DNA of 64,000 bases, from contig CAWCKW010000013.1 of the NCBI GenBank assembly GCA_963796285.1, positions 384,001 to 448,000 of the forward strand, written 5' to 3'. The stretch's first letter is position 1; the number at the start of each line of letters is the position of its first letter. This DNA comes from Nitrospirota bacterium. GTDB lineage: Bacteria > Nitrospirota > UBA9217. Below, piece by piece: positions 52,220 through 62,088 of this stretch. The translations under genes and the position numbers were made by a program. The notes beneath the pieces were generated by a model that ran no database searches, was not told the origin of the DNA, and saw only the letters and a program-made list of their open reading frames with translations.

Positions 52220-52561
52220 ATGAAGATCGATTCCTATTCCTTCGGAAGGATCGTCATCAACAAGAAGACCTATACCTCGGACGTTATCATTTATCCCGGC
52301 AGGGTCGACGCGTCGTGGTGGCGAAAGGAGGGGCATCTGCTCCAGTTTGCTGATGTGGCGGAAGCGCTGCAGGCAAAGCCGGACGTGCTCGTCATCGGCA
52401 CGGGCTATGCCGGGGTCATGCGCGTTCCAAAGGAAACCGTTGACCGGATCGCTGCGCTGGGGATCGAGGTGAAGGTGGAACGGACATCATCAGCGGTGGC
52501 ACTGTTCAACGATCTGCAGGGCGCAAAGACCGTAATCGCGGCGCTTCACATTACGTGCTGA
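52220..52561 (+). CDS. Mth938-like (DUF498) protein
   Basis: IDSYSFG.I, IGTG, AALHITC. Confidence 0.9.
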   Translation: MKIDSYSFGRIVINKKTYTSDVIIYPGRVDASWWRKEGHLLQFADVAEALQAKPDVLVIGTGYAGVMRVPKETVDRIAALGIEVKVERTSSAVALFNDLQGAKTVIAALHITC

Positions 52562-52799
52562 GCACCGTAAAAGGTTAAGCCCTGACAATCATATGAAGGC
52601 ATCCCAGGGCTGTTGAAAAATCTTTCTACTCAGGCTGAAGCCAGCGGCCTGAACAACGGGCAATCATTTTTCAATAAGGCAGCCGCACCCTTGAATTGGG
52701 ATCTGGTGCATCTCTTGACTCAATTATTGAATTCTGCTACGGTAGGCTGGTAGCCGATCCCGGTCTTGCCATGAGATGCCGTACGCGAGGTTGAAGAAT

Positions 52800-53318
52800 A
52801 TGAGTGTATTAATCGGGAAAGAGATCGAGAAAGCCTTGAAAAAGGGATTGATAAAGATCGAGCCGCTCGAACAATCACAGATCGGACCAGGCTCGATCGA
52901 TCTTTCTCTCGGGAACGAATTCAGGATCTTCACAAAACGATCAAAAATCTACCACATAAAAAAAGATTCTCATTTTTATGATATTACCACGGCAGTTCAC
53001 GTTAAAGACGGCGGATATCTCGTCATAAAGCCGGGCGAGATGATCCTGGGAATCACGAAGGAAAAAATCACCCTTGCCGATACCATCTCCGGCCGGCTGG
53101 AAGGGAGAAGCCGATTTGCCCGTTTCGGGCTGGCAGTTCACGTGACTGCCGGGTTCATGCATCCGGGCATCTCCAACCATCAGGTCCTGGAAATCGTTAA
53201 TTTAGGAAATGCGCCGCTGGCCTTATACCCCGGCATCAGGATCTGCCAGTTCATATTTGAAAAATGCGAAGGACATGCCAGATATCAGGGGAGATTTGTC
53301 AAGCAGGTCAAACCATAA
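52800..53318 (+). CDS. dcd: dCTP deaminase
   Basis: PGSIDLSL, EGRSRFARFGL.VH.TAG, LEI.N, RICQ. Confidence 0.9.
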   Translation: MSVLIGKEIEKALKKGLIKIEPLEQSQIGPGSIDLSLGNEFRIFTKRSKIYHIKKDSHFYDITTAVHVKDGGYLVIKPGEMILGITKEKITLADTISGRLEGRSRFARFGLAVHVTAGFMHPGISNHQVLEIVNLGNAPLALYPGIRICQFIFEKCEGHARYQGRFVKQVKP

Positions 53319-53467
53319 CGCCGCTCGTGGAAAGACATCGGGAAGAACTAACCCTGAGTTGTTTTACTCCGAACTCCGAACTTTGATTCCCTCATCCTCA
53401 GCTCCGCCAAAAACCTAATTTTTCACATAAACAACATTAGAGAACGGGAAGCAGGAAGAGCCCGTTC

Positions 53468-55024
53468 TTACCCGACTTTCCGGGGAGACCCCGCTGGCGT
53501 GCCGGAGCTTCCTGTACGGCCGGATTTCAGCGGATGCTCAGGAAGGAAGAGCACGAGCGCAAAGGCCAGGGCCGTGATAACGGCGCCGACGAGAAACGTG
53601 GTGCTGATCGCATGGCGGTAGGCCCCGAGCACGATCTCCCGCTGGGCAGCTGGCAGCGCGGCGATATCCTGGATCCCCTGTTCCATGAGAGAACGGCCGT
53701 TCTTTATCAGAGCGGTCCATTTTTCCATGTGCAAGCCCTGGAGCTGGGACGTCATAATGGCGCCGGACATGGCCACGCCGAAGGTGCCGCCGAGCTGTCT
53801 GAAGAACGCCGCTGTCGCCGTTGCCGCTCCCAGCTCACTGGTTCCCACCGCATTTTGCAGAGCGACGACGAGATTAGGCATGACGAGGCCGAAACCGCCG
53901 CCGAGGACAATGAGCGAGGCTTCGATCACGCCGATTCCCCCGTTTGACGCGGCCGCCCACATCACGACGATAAAGGAAAGCGAGGCGCAGCCCAGACCGA
54001 CGACAGGGAATATCTTGTACCTGCCGGTCCGCGAAACGATGCGGCCGCCGATAAATGACGACGCGATCAGGCCTCCGGTCATGGGCGCAAGCATGAGCCC
54101 GGCCTTCGCCGGTTCCATACCCATGACGAGCTGGAAGAAGAGGGGCAAGAATACGAAGGCGCCGAAAATCCCCATAAAGGCGAGCCCCATCACCGCGGAC
54201 GCGATCACCACGGTCTTGTTGTGGAAGATGTGCGGCGAGAGCACCGGCTCCGCAGAGCGCCGCTCCGTACGGATGAGGAGCACGGTGAGCACCACGGATG
54301 CCATGGCCAGCCCGATAATGAGCGGGGACGACCACGCGTATTGCACGCCGCCCCAGCTCAGGACAAGGAGCAGAGCCACAGTGGCCGAGCTCAGGAGCGC
54401 AACCGCGGCGTAATCGATGCGGTGCTGGACCTTGTGATGGGGCCTGCGGAACCCGAAAGCGATCATGGCCAGGGCCGGAATGCCCACGGGCACGTTCACG
54501 TAGAAGATCCACCGCCATGAAAACGCGCTCGTGATGAATCCTCCCAAAAGTGGTCCGGCCACGCTCGAGAACGCGAAGACCGCGCCGAAGAGCCCCTGAT
54601 AGCGGCCACGCTCGCGAGGGGCCACCAGGTCTGCGATCGTGGTCTGGGCAAGCACCATAAGGCCGCCCGCACCCATACCCTGGATGCCCCGGAAGACCAC
54701 GAGCTCGGTCATGGAGCGGGACAGGCCGCAGAGGCAGGAGCCGATAAGGAAGATGATGATCGCGATGATAAAGAGCGGCTTCCTGCCGTACATGTCGGAG
54801 AGTTTTCCGTAGAGGGGTGTCGTGGCCGTCGAGGTCACGAGAAAGGACGTGACGACCCACGAAAGATGATGAAGGTCGCCCAGCTCGCTCACGATCCGCG
54901 GCAATGCCACGCCCACGATGTTCTGGTCGAGCGCAGCCAGGGCAAGCGCCAGCATCAGTCCGGCGAACACGATCCGGACCTCACGGGTCGTCGGCGGAGT
55001 TGTTTCATGAAGTTCAGAAGACAT
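53468..55024 (-). CDS. DHA2 (EmrB/QacA) MFS efflux transporter
   Basis: About 14 TM segments, GKLSDMYGRK, GPLLGG, WRWIFYVNVP. Confidence 0.93.
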   Translation of the reverse strand: MSSELHETTPPTTREVRIVFAGLMLALALAALDQNIVGVALPRIVSELGDLHHLSWVVTSFLVTSTATTPLYGKLSDMYGRKPLFIIAIIIFLIGSCLCGLSRSMTELVVFRGIQGMGAGGLMVLAQTTIADLVAPRERGRYQGLFGAVFAFSSVAGPLLGGFITSAFSWRWIFYVNVPVGIPALAMIAFGFRRPHHKVQHRIDYAAVALLSSATVALLLVLSWGGVQYAWSSPLIIGLAMASVVLTVLLIRTERRSAEPVLSPHIFHNKTVVIASAVMGLAFMGIFGAFVFLPLFFQLVMGMEPAKAGLMLAPMTGGLIASSFIGGRIVSRTGRYKIFPVVGLGCASLSFIVVMWAAASNGGIGVIEASLIVLGGGFGLVMPNLVVALQNAVGTSELGAATATAAFFRQLGGTFGVAMSGAIMTSQLQGLHMEKWTALIKNGRSLMEQGIQDIAALPAAQREIVLGAYRHAISTTFLVGAVITALAFALVLFLPEHPLKSGRTGSSGTPAGSPRKVG

Positions 55025-55369
55025 GATCGTGGAATTATAAGGGGTCACGTTCGTTTGTCAAGGGGAGAGTTTTGAATTGTGGAACGGACCGGAAGTTCGA
55101 ACCGCGGAACGGACCGAGAGGGGAATACGGTGTGGACGAAGAACGCATTGATATCAGCTGAGCGTCTTAAGGATGTTTGATCTTTGAAAAAAAATCCGCC
55201 CTGCGGCCGGAGCTGTCTCACTCTATTTCGAAAAGCACCGCCGCATTGTCGCGGTATACTTCCCGGAAGGGCGCGCTGCGGAGTTCAGGATAACGACCCA
55301 CACGACTTGCCCGCAGGATGAGCCAGTGGGCTCGCAGCATGTCCGCCAGCACGCGGCCGTCCAGAAGCG

Positions 55370-56714
55370 TCAAATGGCGCCGGAAGTTCTCAAGCATGAC
55401 CGCTTTTTTCCGGTCATAACGGATCGTGTAGGTGGGATCGAGGCCCCAGATATACAGCTGACGCGGCGCAGCATAAAACAGATCAGGGAAATCGTCCCAG
55501 AACGATTGATAACGGTTTCACCCGGCGCCAGATGCTGCTCCATCCAGTGCGAAGCTCCCTGAAAAAAGGGCGGCGGGGCGGCCTTGGTCTGATAATACAG
55601 GTAGAATTTCATGGAGTATACATGAAAGGCCAGGATATGCCGATCGCCGCGGCGGCAAGAAACCAGCGCAGACGCTTACCGAGCGCGGGCAGACGAGAAA
55701 CAACGTCCTGCGCAGAGAGCGTGTCCCTTGCCACGAAAGCTGCCGCAATGGCCAGGAGCAGCACCGAATACTCGACAAAACGCGCCGAGGCCATCGTCAT
55801 CCCGAACCAGCAGAGCGCCGACAGGACAACGCCAAGCGTCTCCGGTGCCAGGCGCTTTCTGCGCACAAGCACGAACACCACGAGCAGCGGGATCAGGATC
55901 AGGATCAAGGGATAGATATCGAGAAACACGGGCAGGGGATACGGATAGATCTCATTGCCGAGTTCGAAACCGGATTTGCCTACCCCCTCCATCCCCATGC
56001 GGAATATTGCACATAGGTGAGGAAAGTCTCAAGGGTCATCGGCGAATACGGATGCACCGCGAGGCCCAGGACCGAGCCGAACCCCGCGGCCGCAACGGAC
56101 CGGTGATCGAACCCGCCCCTGCCAAGCCACTGCCCCACCGCAAATGATCCGACCGTGATAAGCAGGACAAAAGGGACCGTGTAGCTCCAGGCGAACACAA
56201 ATCCCAGAACGAACAAGGCCCGCCATCGTCGCTGCAGCATGAAGTGAACGCCGAACATGAGCAGCAGCATGCTCAGCACATGGGACCGGATCATGCCGAG
56301 CCGCGCGATGAACAACCCGCCCATGGCAAACGGCAGCGTTGTGAAGAACAGGGGCCAGCGGACCTTGTGCGCGCGAAGCACCAGGTAAAGCGCTCCGATG
56401 ACAGCTACCGAGAGGAGCGTGGCGAAGATCCGCGCGCCGAGGATCGGCTCGCTGCCAAGCTGGGCGAACGGCATCATCGCGACGTGATACAGAAACTCCT
56501 TGTCGCAATAGCGGTCCTTCCAGGTACTGAGCTGCGTCCAGGGAAAGCTTTGAGAGATCCCCCGCTCCGGCATCAGCTGGGAGAGACGAGCATGGTAGTA
56601 GCCGTCCCGCTCGAACAGCCCGTTTTGAAACAAGGCGGTTGCCGCAAATAAGCAAAATACGTAAACGAAAAACAGCCGCGTTACCAGGGAATCTATTGCC
56701 CAGCCTTTCTTCAT
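55370..56714 (-). pseudogene. Multi-TM GT-C-like membrane protein split over several frames
   Basis: DGYYH motif and TM-rich pieces in three or more frames; WDDFP fragment near 55490. Confidence 0.5.
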
Positions 56715-56904
56715 AAGCTTTTCAGATCACCTTCCGGAGAACCTTGAGGATATCCCGCTAACGGGTATTGTGAGGGAGCACATGAGGGTGAGATCTTTTC
56801 TCCCGGCATCCCCTTCTGTAATTAAGATGAACAGTAAACATGCCGGCGATCGAGACCGAAAACGAAAAGCACTTTGTGGTTGTCCCTGCTGTCAGCATGG
56901 CGTA

Positions 56905-57249
56905 CTATCGCCCGAACAACGAAATGAACGAAACGCAGAGTGCGATCAATGACACAACGATCGCTCCAATACAAAGCGCAGCTGTCCGTTTGAACCTGGA
57001 TTCGGCGAGCGACGCTCCTTGCTCGAGAGCGGCTGTCATTTTTTGCAATTGCTCGGCCAGCTCTTTGATGTGCACTGCGTTTTGCGAGGCGGCAAATTGA
57101 AGCTCGGCGATCTGTTGCTGCAGGAGTTGCGCTTCAGCAGCAGTCGTCTCGGCGTTTTTTCGCATGGTAAAAACCGGCATCGCCGCTGCAACGATCGAGC
57201 TTAGGTAAGGCAGAATTACTTTTACCGCGGGAAGTAGCCACGCTGCCAT
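56905..57249 (-). CDS. Hypothetical coiled-coil membrane-anchored protein
   Basis: GGAGG RBS; coiled coil and C-terminal TM. Confidence 0.7.
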   Translation of the reverse strand: MAAWLLPAVKVILPYLSSIVAAAMPVFTMRKNAETTAAEAQLLQQQIAELQFAASQNAVHIKELAEQLQKMTAALEQGASLAESRFKRTAALCIGAIVVSLIALCVSFISLFGR

Positions 57250-57499
57250 AGATCCTCCGTGTCAGTGCGTTAAGGGGCCGGCTGGATTCCGCCTTGAAAG
57301 AACCTCATTGGATCACGTCCCATTTGTTGCCATGCCACTATTTCCTTCTCCGAAGCGCGAAACAGGTAGACGTCGGAGAATGCACCCTGAATTTGCGGGT
57401 CACGCTCATTGCCTAATGCGGGAATCTTCGGGACCACCACAGGTTCATTCTGCTGCTTGACACATCTCGATGCGTAAGCGACTCAGAGCTTATATTCCC

Positions 57500-57859
57500 T
57501 CAACGTCTTCGTCTTCTTTGCCCTTCTTTTCCCTTCTTCTCCGGCAACGACAGCGAAAAACGCTTCCCCACTTCGATCCATTTCAACAGGCCGGCAGCAC
57601 TCTTCCACCCCGCTTCCTGCACCATGACCCAGCCGAACATCGGCCTGCCGGTGATATCGAACGGCTTTACATTCCGGTCTTTGAGGCTTTGCTCCCCCTG
57701 CTCTTTGTCCATGCGAACGATCAGGCTATCCTTATAGATGCCGAAGGCCATATTGCCCTTGAGCAGGTAGCAGACACCGCCGAACATCTTCTTCTTTTCC
57801 ACGTTCTGCCATCGCTGAGCAGCAGCGTCGATCTTTTCTTCGAGCTTTGTGTTATACAT
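57500..57859 (-). CDS. TfoX/Sxy N-terminal domain protein
   Basis: KKMFGGVCY, GNM..G, GRPM.GWV. Confidence 0.88.
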   Translation of the reverse strand: MYNTKLEEKIDAAAQRWQNVEKKKMFGGVCYLLKGNMAFGIYKDSLIVRMDKEQGEQSLKDRNVKPFDITGRPMFGWVMVQEAGWKSAAGLLKWIEVGKRFSLSLPEKKGKEGQRRRRR

Positions 57860-57872
57860 CCTGGATTCCCCG

Positions 57873-58016
57873 TTATTTGCTGTTTATCAACCAATCCAGC
57901 AGGAACCATGCTCCCACCAGCACCGCGATGAAGATGACCATTTTCAGGATGTTCTGATAGCCATGGCTCTCTTCAGAGTCCTGAGGATCGGATCGATTTT
58001 GGTTGTTCTTATCCAT
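57873..58016 (-). CDS. Small single-TM protein
   Basis: 47 aa with C-terminal TM; GGAG upstream. Confidence 0.5.
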   Translation of the reverse strand: MDKNNQNRSDPQDSEESHGYQNILKMVIFIAVLVGAWFLLDWLINSK

Positions 58017-58041
58017 GTACGCTCCCGGCTGCGCCTCCCCC

Positions 58042-58725
58042 CTAACGGTCGTCCGATGTTCTGAACAGGAACTCAAGCGTGAGGGTGAACATTTTCTCCC
58101 TCACATCGTAATCCCTCTCGAAATAGGAGGTCGAGGCGCTGTTGGTCTCGTGGGAAAAGAAACCTTTGCCTTCTCCCACATAATCAAATACCTGGAATCC
58201 CAGTTTCACGACGGTCGTAAGCTTTTCCTTATCATTGAAATTAACGCCGAGCACCAGGCCCTTGCCGACACCGAACAGGTTTATTTTATAATTGGAGTAA
58301 TACTGAGGAGACCCCTGGACCCAGGTCACTTTGATCTCAGGGCCGAACCAGATACGTACCTTGGGAGTAACGAGGGTACCGAAGCCAAAGCTGTTGCTGA
58401 TGATCATCCCGTCCAGGTCGGCATTGCCCCAGGCGGCGTTGTTCATGTTCCTGAAGATGCCATAGCCGACGGTCAGATTGTAATTGTACAACTTGTCGCG
58501 GGCCGGGGCGGTATCCATCGCCAGGCCGAAATCCAGGTGGCCGGTGGTCTTCTTGAAGTTCGCTGTATTCTCCGGCGACCAGTCCGCCCTGCCCCCGGCT
58601 GCGGAGCCGTAGACACCCAGACCGGCCGCGTCCGCGTCATTCACGATGGCGGCGCACAGCAGGGCCAGCGAGAGGCAGACGACGACCATTCTCATATTCA
58701 ACCCTCCTGTATTATTTCTTTTCAA
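58042..58725 (-). CDS. Probable outer-membrane beta-barrel protein
   Basis: Signal peptide; Gly/aromatic strands; ends LEFLFR. Confidence 0.6.
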   Translation of the reverse strand: MKRNNTGGLNMRMVVVCLSLALLCAAIVNDADAAGLGVYGSAAGGRADWSPENTANFKKTTGHLDFGLAMDTAPARDKLYNYNLTVGYGIFRNMNNAAWGNADLDGMIISNSFGFGTLVTPKVRIWFGPEIKVTWVQGSPQYYSNYKINLFGVGKGLVLGVNFNDKEKLTTVVKLGFQVFDYVGEGKGFFSHETNSASTSYFERDYDVREKMFTLTLEFLFRTSDDR

Positions 58726-58910
58726 CCGTTGATTTTTTTAGCGCCCCGACACCGGGGGCAGACGCTTTTTCCCGTACCATGACAACTTGAACACGATCGT
58801 TGCGCTGCATTCGTACTGGACCGTCTTCCCTGCCCATGACAGACAGGACACGTCATCGAACCTTTGCCGCTGCATTCCGGACAGGGAATCGTTGTTGTTT
58901 TATCTGCCAT
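58722..58910 (-). CDS. Stand-alone DnaJ-type zinc finger
   Basis: Four CxxCxG repeats in 62 aa. Confidence 0.75.
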   Translation of the reverse strand: MADKTTTIPCPECSGKGSMTCPVCHGQGRRSSTNAAQRSCSSCHGTGKSVCPRCRGAKKING

Positions 58911-59037
58911 TTGTTACCCCCCCTTGATATCAATTAAGAAATATCGCAGCATATGATGAAAGCGCGTGACCGATGACCCTCGATACCGTGCTGCCCATCA
59001 TGAGCCGCGTGGGTCCTGTGCGGCCGATGCGTGGCGG

Positions 59038-59388
59038 CTATTTCTTTGCGATATCCAAATGTAACTTATGCAAAAATCGATGATACACCGGCGCGAAGAG
59101 CACGCCGGCGAACGTGATGAACGATATGCCGCTGAACAATGCATAAAAAGCGGCAAACAGTTTCCCCGCGCTCGGCTCCAGGTGGTCTACCGGCCCCATG
59201 CCGGCCAGGATCATACACGCGTTCAGGAATGCATCGATCCACGGAAGATTGCCGAAGCCATGATAGCCCACGGTGCCGATCCCGACGGAGAACAGCAGGA
59301 TGATCAGGGCGAACTCGGCATAGCGGACTTGCCGCCGGATGAATTCTTTGCGGGACAGAAGCGGCTTTTTATGATGTTCGAAAGGCAT
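59038..59388 (-). CDS. Small 2-TM ion-channel-like protein
   Basis: TM - WIDAFLNACMILAGMGP pore-helix-like segment - TM. Confidence 0.65.
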   Translation of the reverse strand: MPFEHHKKPLLSRKEFIRRQVRYAEFALIILLFSVGIGTVGYHGFGNLPWIDAFLNACMILAGMGPVDHLEPSAGKLFAAFYALFSGISFITFAGVLFAPVYHRFLHKLHLDIAKK

Positions 59389-59556
59389 TCGTTATCCCTT
59401 AACAAGGCCTCGGGTCACGGGTACAGGGTTTAGGGCAACCTGGCGGGACATTGTTGCACCCATTGTGTGACGCTTTCCCTCAGTCGTAGACGAGCCATAG
59501 TCGCGATCAGATGACAGGTTAACCTTTCCTCTCCCGACACTCCCAACGGGTCGAGG

Positions 59557-60129
59557 TTACTTCCTTGTTTCCTTGAACTTCACGCCATCCTTCCACGCAT
59601 TCCCCACCTGCTCGCCCAGGGCCCAGAACCGGTTGTCAGGCATGGTGAGCAGGAAGGGACGCATCTTCTTCGGGTCTGGCTTCCCGTCAACCAGGTACTG
59701 TTCTTCCGAGTAGATGTTCCGGATCTCGGCAATGAAGAAGGTATTCGTCGGAAGATCCACTGTCTGGACCAGCTTGCATTCTATGGAAAGCGGACACGCC
59801 GAGATCATGGGCGCTTTTTTAAGCTCCCCGTAGAACACCTCGAACAGGCCCGACTTGTCCGTGTTCTTCCCGGAAACGACTCCGCAGTAATCCGTGATCG
59901 CCACCATGTCCGATGAGGGGACATTGACGCTGAACTCGCTGTTCGAGCGGATCGCCTCGTTCGTCGCATGCCCTTTGTTGACGCAGATGCCGAGCATGGC
60001 AGGCTGGTAATTCACCCTGGTCAACCAGTCCAGCGCCATGAAATTGACCTTGCCGTTCACATGGCTGCCCAGGAGGGTCTGGGTCCAGGGCAGGCAGAAC
60101 ATGTTTTTATCCACGATGATCTTTGCCAT
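59557..60129 (-). CDS. Flavin reductase/flavoredoxin family protein
   Basis: FSVNVP, DYCGVVSG, AP.I..CP...EC. Confidence 0.9.
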   Translation of the reverse strand: MAKIIVDKNMFCLPWTQTLLGSHVNGKVNFMALDWLTRVNYQPAMLGICVNKGHATNEAIRSNSEFSVNVPSSDMVAITDYCGVVSGKNTDKSGLFEVFYGELKKAPMISACPLSIECKLVQTVDLPTNTFFIAEIRNIYSEEQYLVDGKPDPKKMRPFLLTMPDNRFWALGEQVGNAWKDGVKFKETRK

Positions 60130-60185
60130 TGAATGAGTCCTCCTTAGCAAGAGAATAGCATGATGGCGCATTTTTTGGTACTGGT

Positions 60186-61160
60186 TTACAGCGAACAAAT
60201 TTTCTTTAATTCTATCATACGAAGCCGAAGTCCGCGCCCCGCCTCTGGGTCAAGCATGTTCATTTGCTGTCCATTCGCAAACTCAATGACCATGAAATTA
60301 TCTGCAAATTGCATCTCCCGCTGTTTTTCCCTGAGCTGGTCAATAAAGTCCTGCCATGTTTCATCGATGCTCATGCCGTATGTCGCCCGGAACGACTTGT
60401 CAAAATCCCCGCCATCCGCGATCTTGAGCATGAGCAGACCAAATTTGAATTCAGACGTCCTCTTAAGGTACCTGACAAACAGCTCTGCCTGCCGGTAGAA
60501 CATATGCGGCTCCAGGCCGTATGAGCTGCCTGACTTATGCCGGAAAAAGCTGCCGTGCGCCTCCGGGGTAAAGTGCTTGCCTTCCACAATGGCCTTCACA
60601 GCGGCCGCCTCACTGACCTTTTCCGCCCCTCCGCCGTTCGAGACCATGACAGCAAGACCTTCCTGAAACCATGCGGGGATATTGGCGTTGTAGTGATAGA
60701 CCCCGAGCTGCTGCTGAAGATGCAGGTGCGATAACTCATGGGTCAGAATGGCCTTGAGCGTTTCATTGAACTCCGGGTCCTTCAGACGCCCTGAGAGAAA
60801 CACCTTGGTGGTAAGCGCGCCTCGAACATGCTTCGACAAACCCGTATGGCCTGCAAAGCTGTCCTCTGAAGCACACACATACACGGTCACCGGTTTTGTG
60901 AAATCCCGGTACTGCTCTTTTTCAATAGTGCGGATCGCTTCCGGCAGGTATCCTGCAACCTGCCTGGCCAGGTCCTCTGCCCCTGATTCTGCGAGGACCC
61001 GGCTGTCGGTCTCAAGGGGATGGAAATCCGACGTGGATTTCAGGGACGCCATTCCGGTCCTCAGCAGACCGCAACCCGTGAGATTGACCGTGAGGAAGAG
61101 CAGGATCCCCAGTACACGGATATGGGCGGAATCAATCGTATTTTTCGTTGCATTAACCAT
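60186..61160 (-). CDS. Zincin (peptidase MA-like) lipoprotein
   Basis: LTGC lipobox, HELSH, PAWFQEGLA. Confidence 0.8.
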   Translation of the reverse strand: MVNATKNTIDSAHIRVLGILLFLTVNLTGCGLLRTGMASLKSTSDFHPLETDSRVLAESGAEDLARQVAGYLPEAIRTIEKEQYRDFTKPVTVYVCASEDSFAGHTGLSKHVRGALTTKVFLSGRLKDPEFNETLKAILTHELSHLHLQQQLGVYHYNANIPAWFQEGLAVMVSNGGGAEKVSEAAAVKAIVEGKHFTPEAHGSFFRHKSGSSYGLEPHMFYRQAELFVRYLKRTSEFKFGLLMLKIADGGDFDKSFRATYGMSIDETWQDFIDQLREKQREMQFADNFMVIEFANGQQMNMLDPEAGRGLRLRMIELKKICSL

Positions 61161-61170
61161 CGCGCCAGCC

Positions 61171-61914
61171 TCAGCATAACATCTGACAGGGCATCCCGGC
61201 CTTTTCGAACGCGGCCCTCAACTCCTCGCCCTTTTGCAGGAAGAAGCCGTCGTCCATGGCCCATTGCATCCCGTGCTTTTTATACACCCAGTCCGCATAG
61301 TGATAATTCATCCGGTCAATGAGTACGGTGTCCGCCTTGCCTTTCAGCAGGTCAACCAGCCCCTCGGCGCCAGGAAGCATCGGTGCTACCATGACAAAGG
61401 TTTTGATCCCTTCTGCGTGAAGACTGGCCAGGGCCTCGACCCGTTTTGGCGTGGGCGGGGCATGCGGCTCAAAGATGCGCCTCACCTTCTCATCGGCAGT
61501 GGTCATCGTGAACCCGACCTCGCAATCGGCCGCCCGCTTCAACAGATCGATGTCGCGTACGACCAACGGCGATCTGGTCTGGATCGTTACGGGCCATCCC
61601 CGTTCCACGAGGATCTCAAGGCACTTTCTCGTGAGCTGGTATTTATTTTCCAGCGGCTGATACGCATCGCACACGCCGCTAATCCAGACCCGTCCCATTT
61701 TCTTTTTCAATACTTCCCTGGCCAGCAGCTCCGGGGCATTGATCTTCACATCGACAAAGTCCCCCCACGGTTCACGGTGTCCGGTGAATCTCTTCATGAA
61801 CTTGGCGTAGCAATAGACGCAGCCATGCTGGCATCCGACATACGCATTCAATGCGTAATCGTACACTTGGGACTTGGACAGGATGCCTTTTGCTGTTATT
61901 TCTTTTATTACCAT
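61171..61914 (-). CDS. Radical SAM protein (SplB-like)
   Basis: GCQHGCVYCYA, VKINAP, D.YQP.E. Confidence 0.9.
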   Translation of the reverse strand: MVIKEITAKGILSKSQVYDYALNAYVGCQHGCVYCYAKFMKRFTGHREPWGDFVDVKINAPELLAREVLKKKMGRVWISGVCDAYQPLENKYQLTRKCLEILVERGWPVTIQTRSPLVVRDIDLLKRAADCEVGFTMTTADEKVRRIFEPHAPPTPKRVEALASLHAEGIKTFVMVAPMLPGAEGLVDLLKGKADTVLIDRMNYHYADWVYKKHGMQWAMDDGFFLQKGEELRAAFEKAGMPCQMLC

Positions 61915-62088
61915 GATGGTGATCTTGTGACAAGTGATTAAGGGCAATGTACCGTTAGAATAGGATTGCCATGACTCTGTGGCCAGGCGACATAATGGTG
62001 GAGCGCACGATTTTGCCCCAAATGCAATTTCTCACCTGTGCACACCGTACTATAAACGGGACGATTTGGCAAGGCATCAGGATTACAG

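Noticed and set aside
62040-62088. dif/Xer site targeted by the IS1202-like element
   Set aside because: No XerC/XerD-like 11-6-11 site is visible, and the DR is long rather than 5-6 bp.
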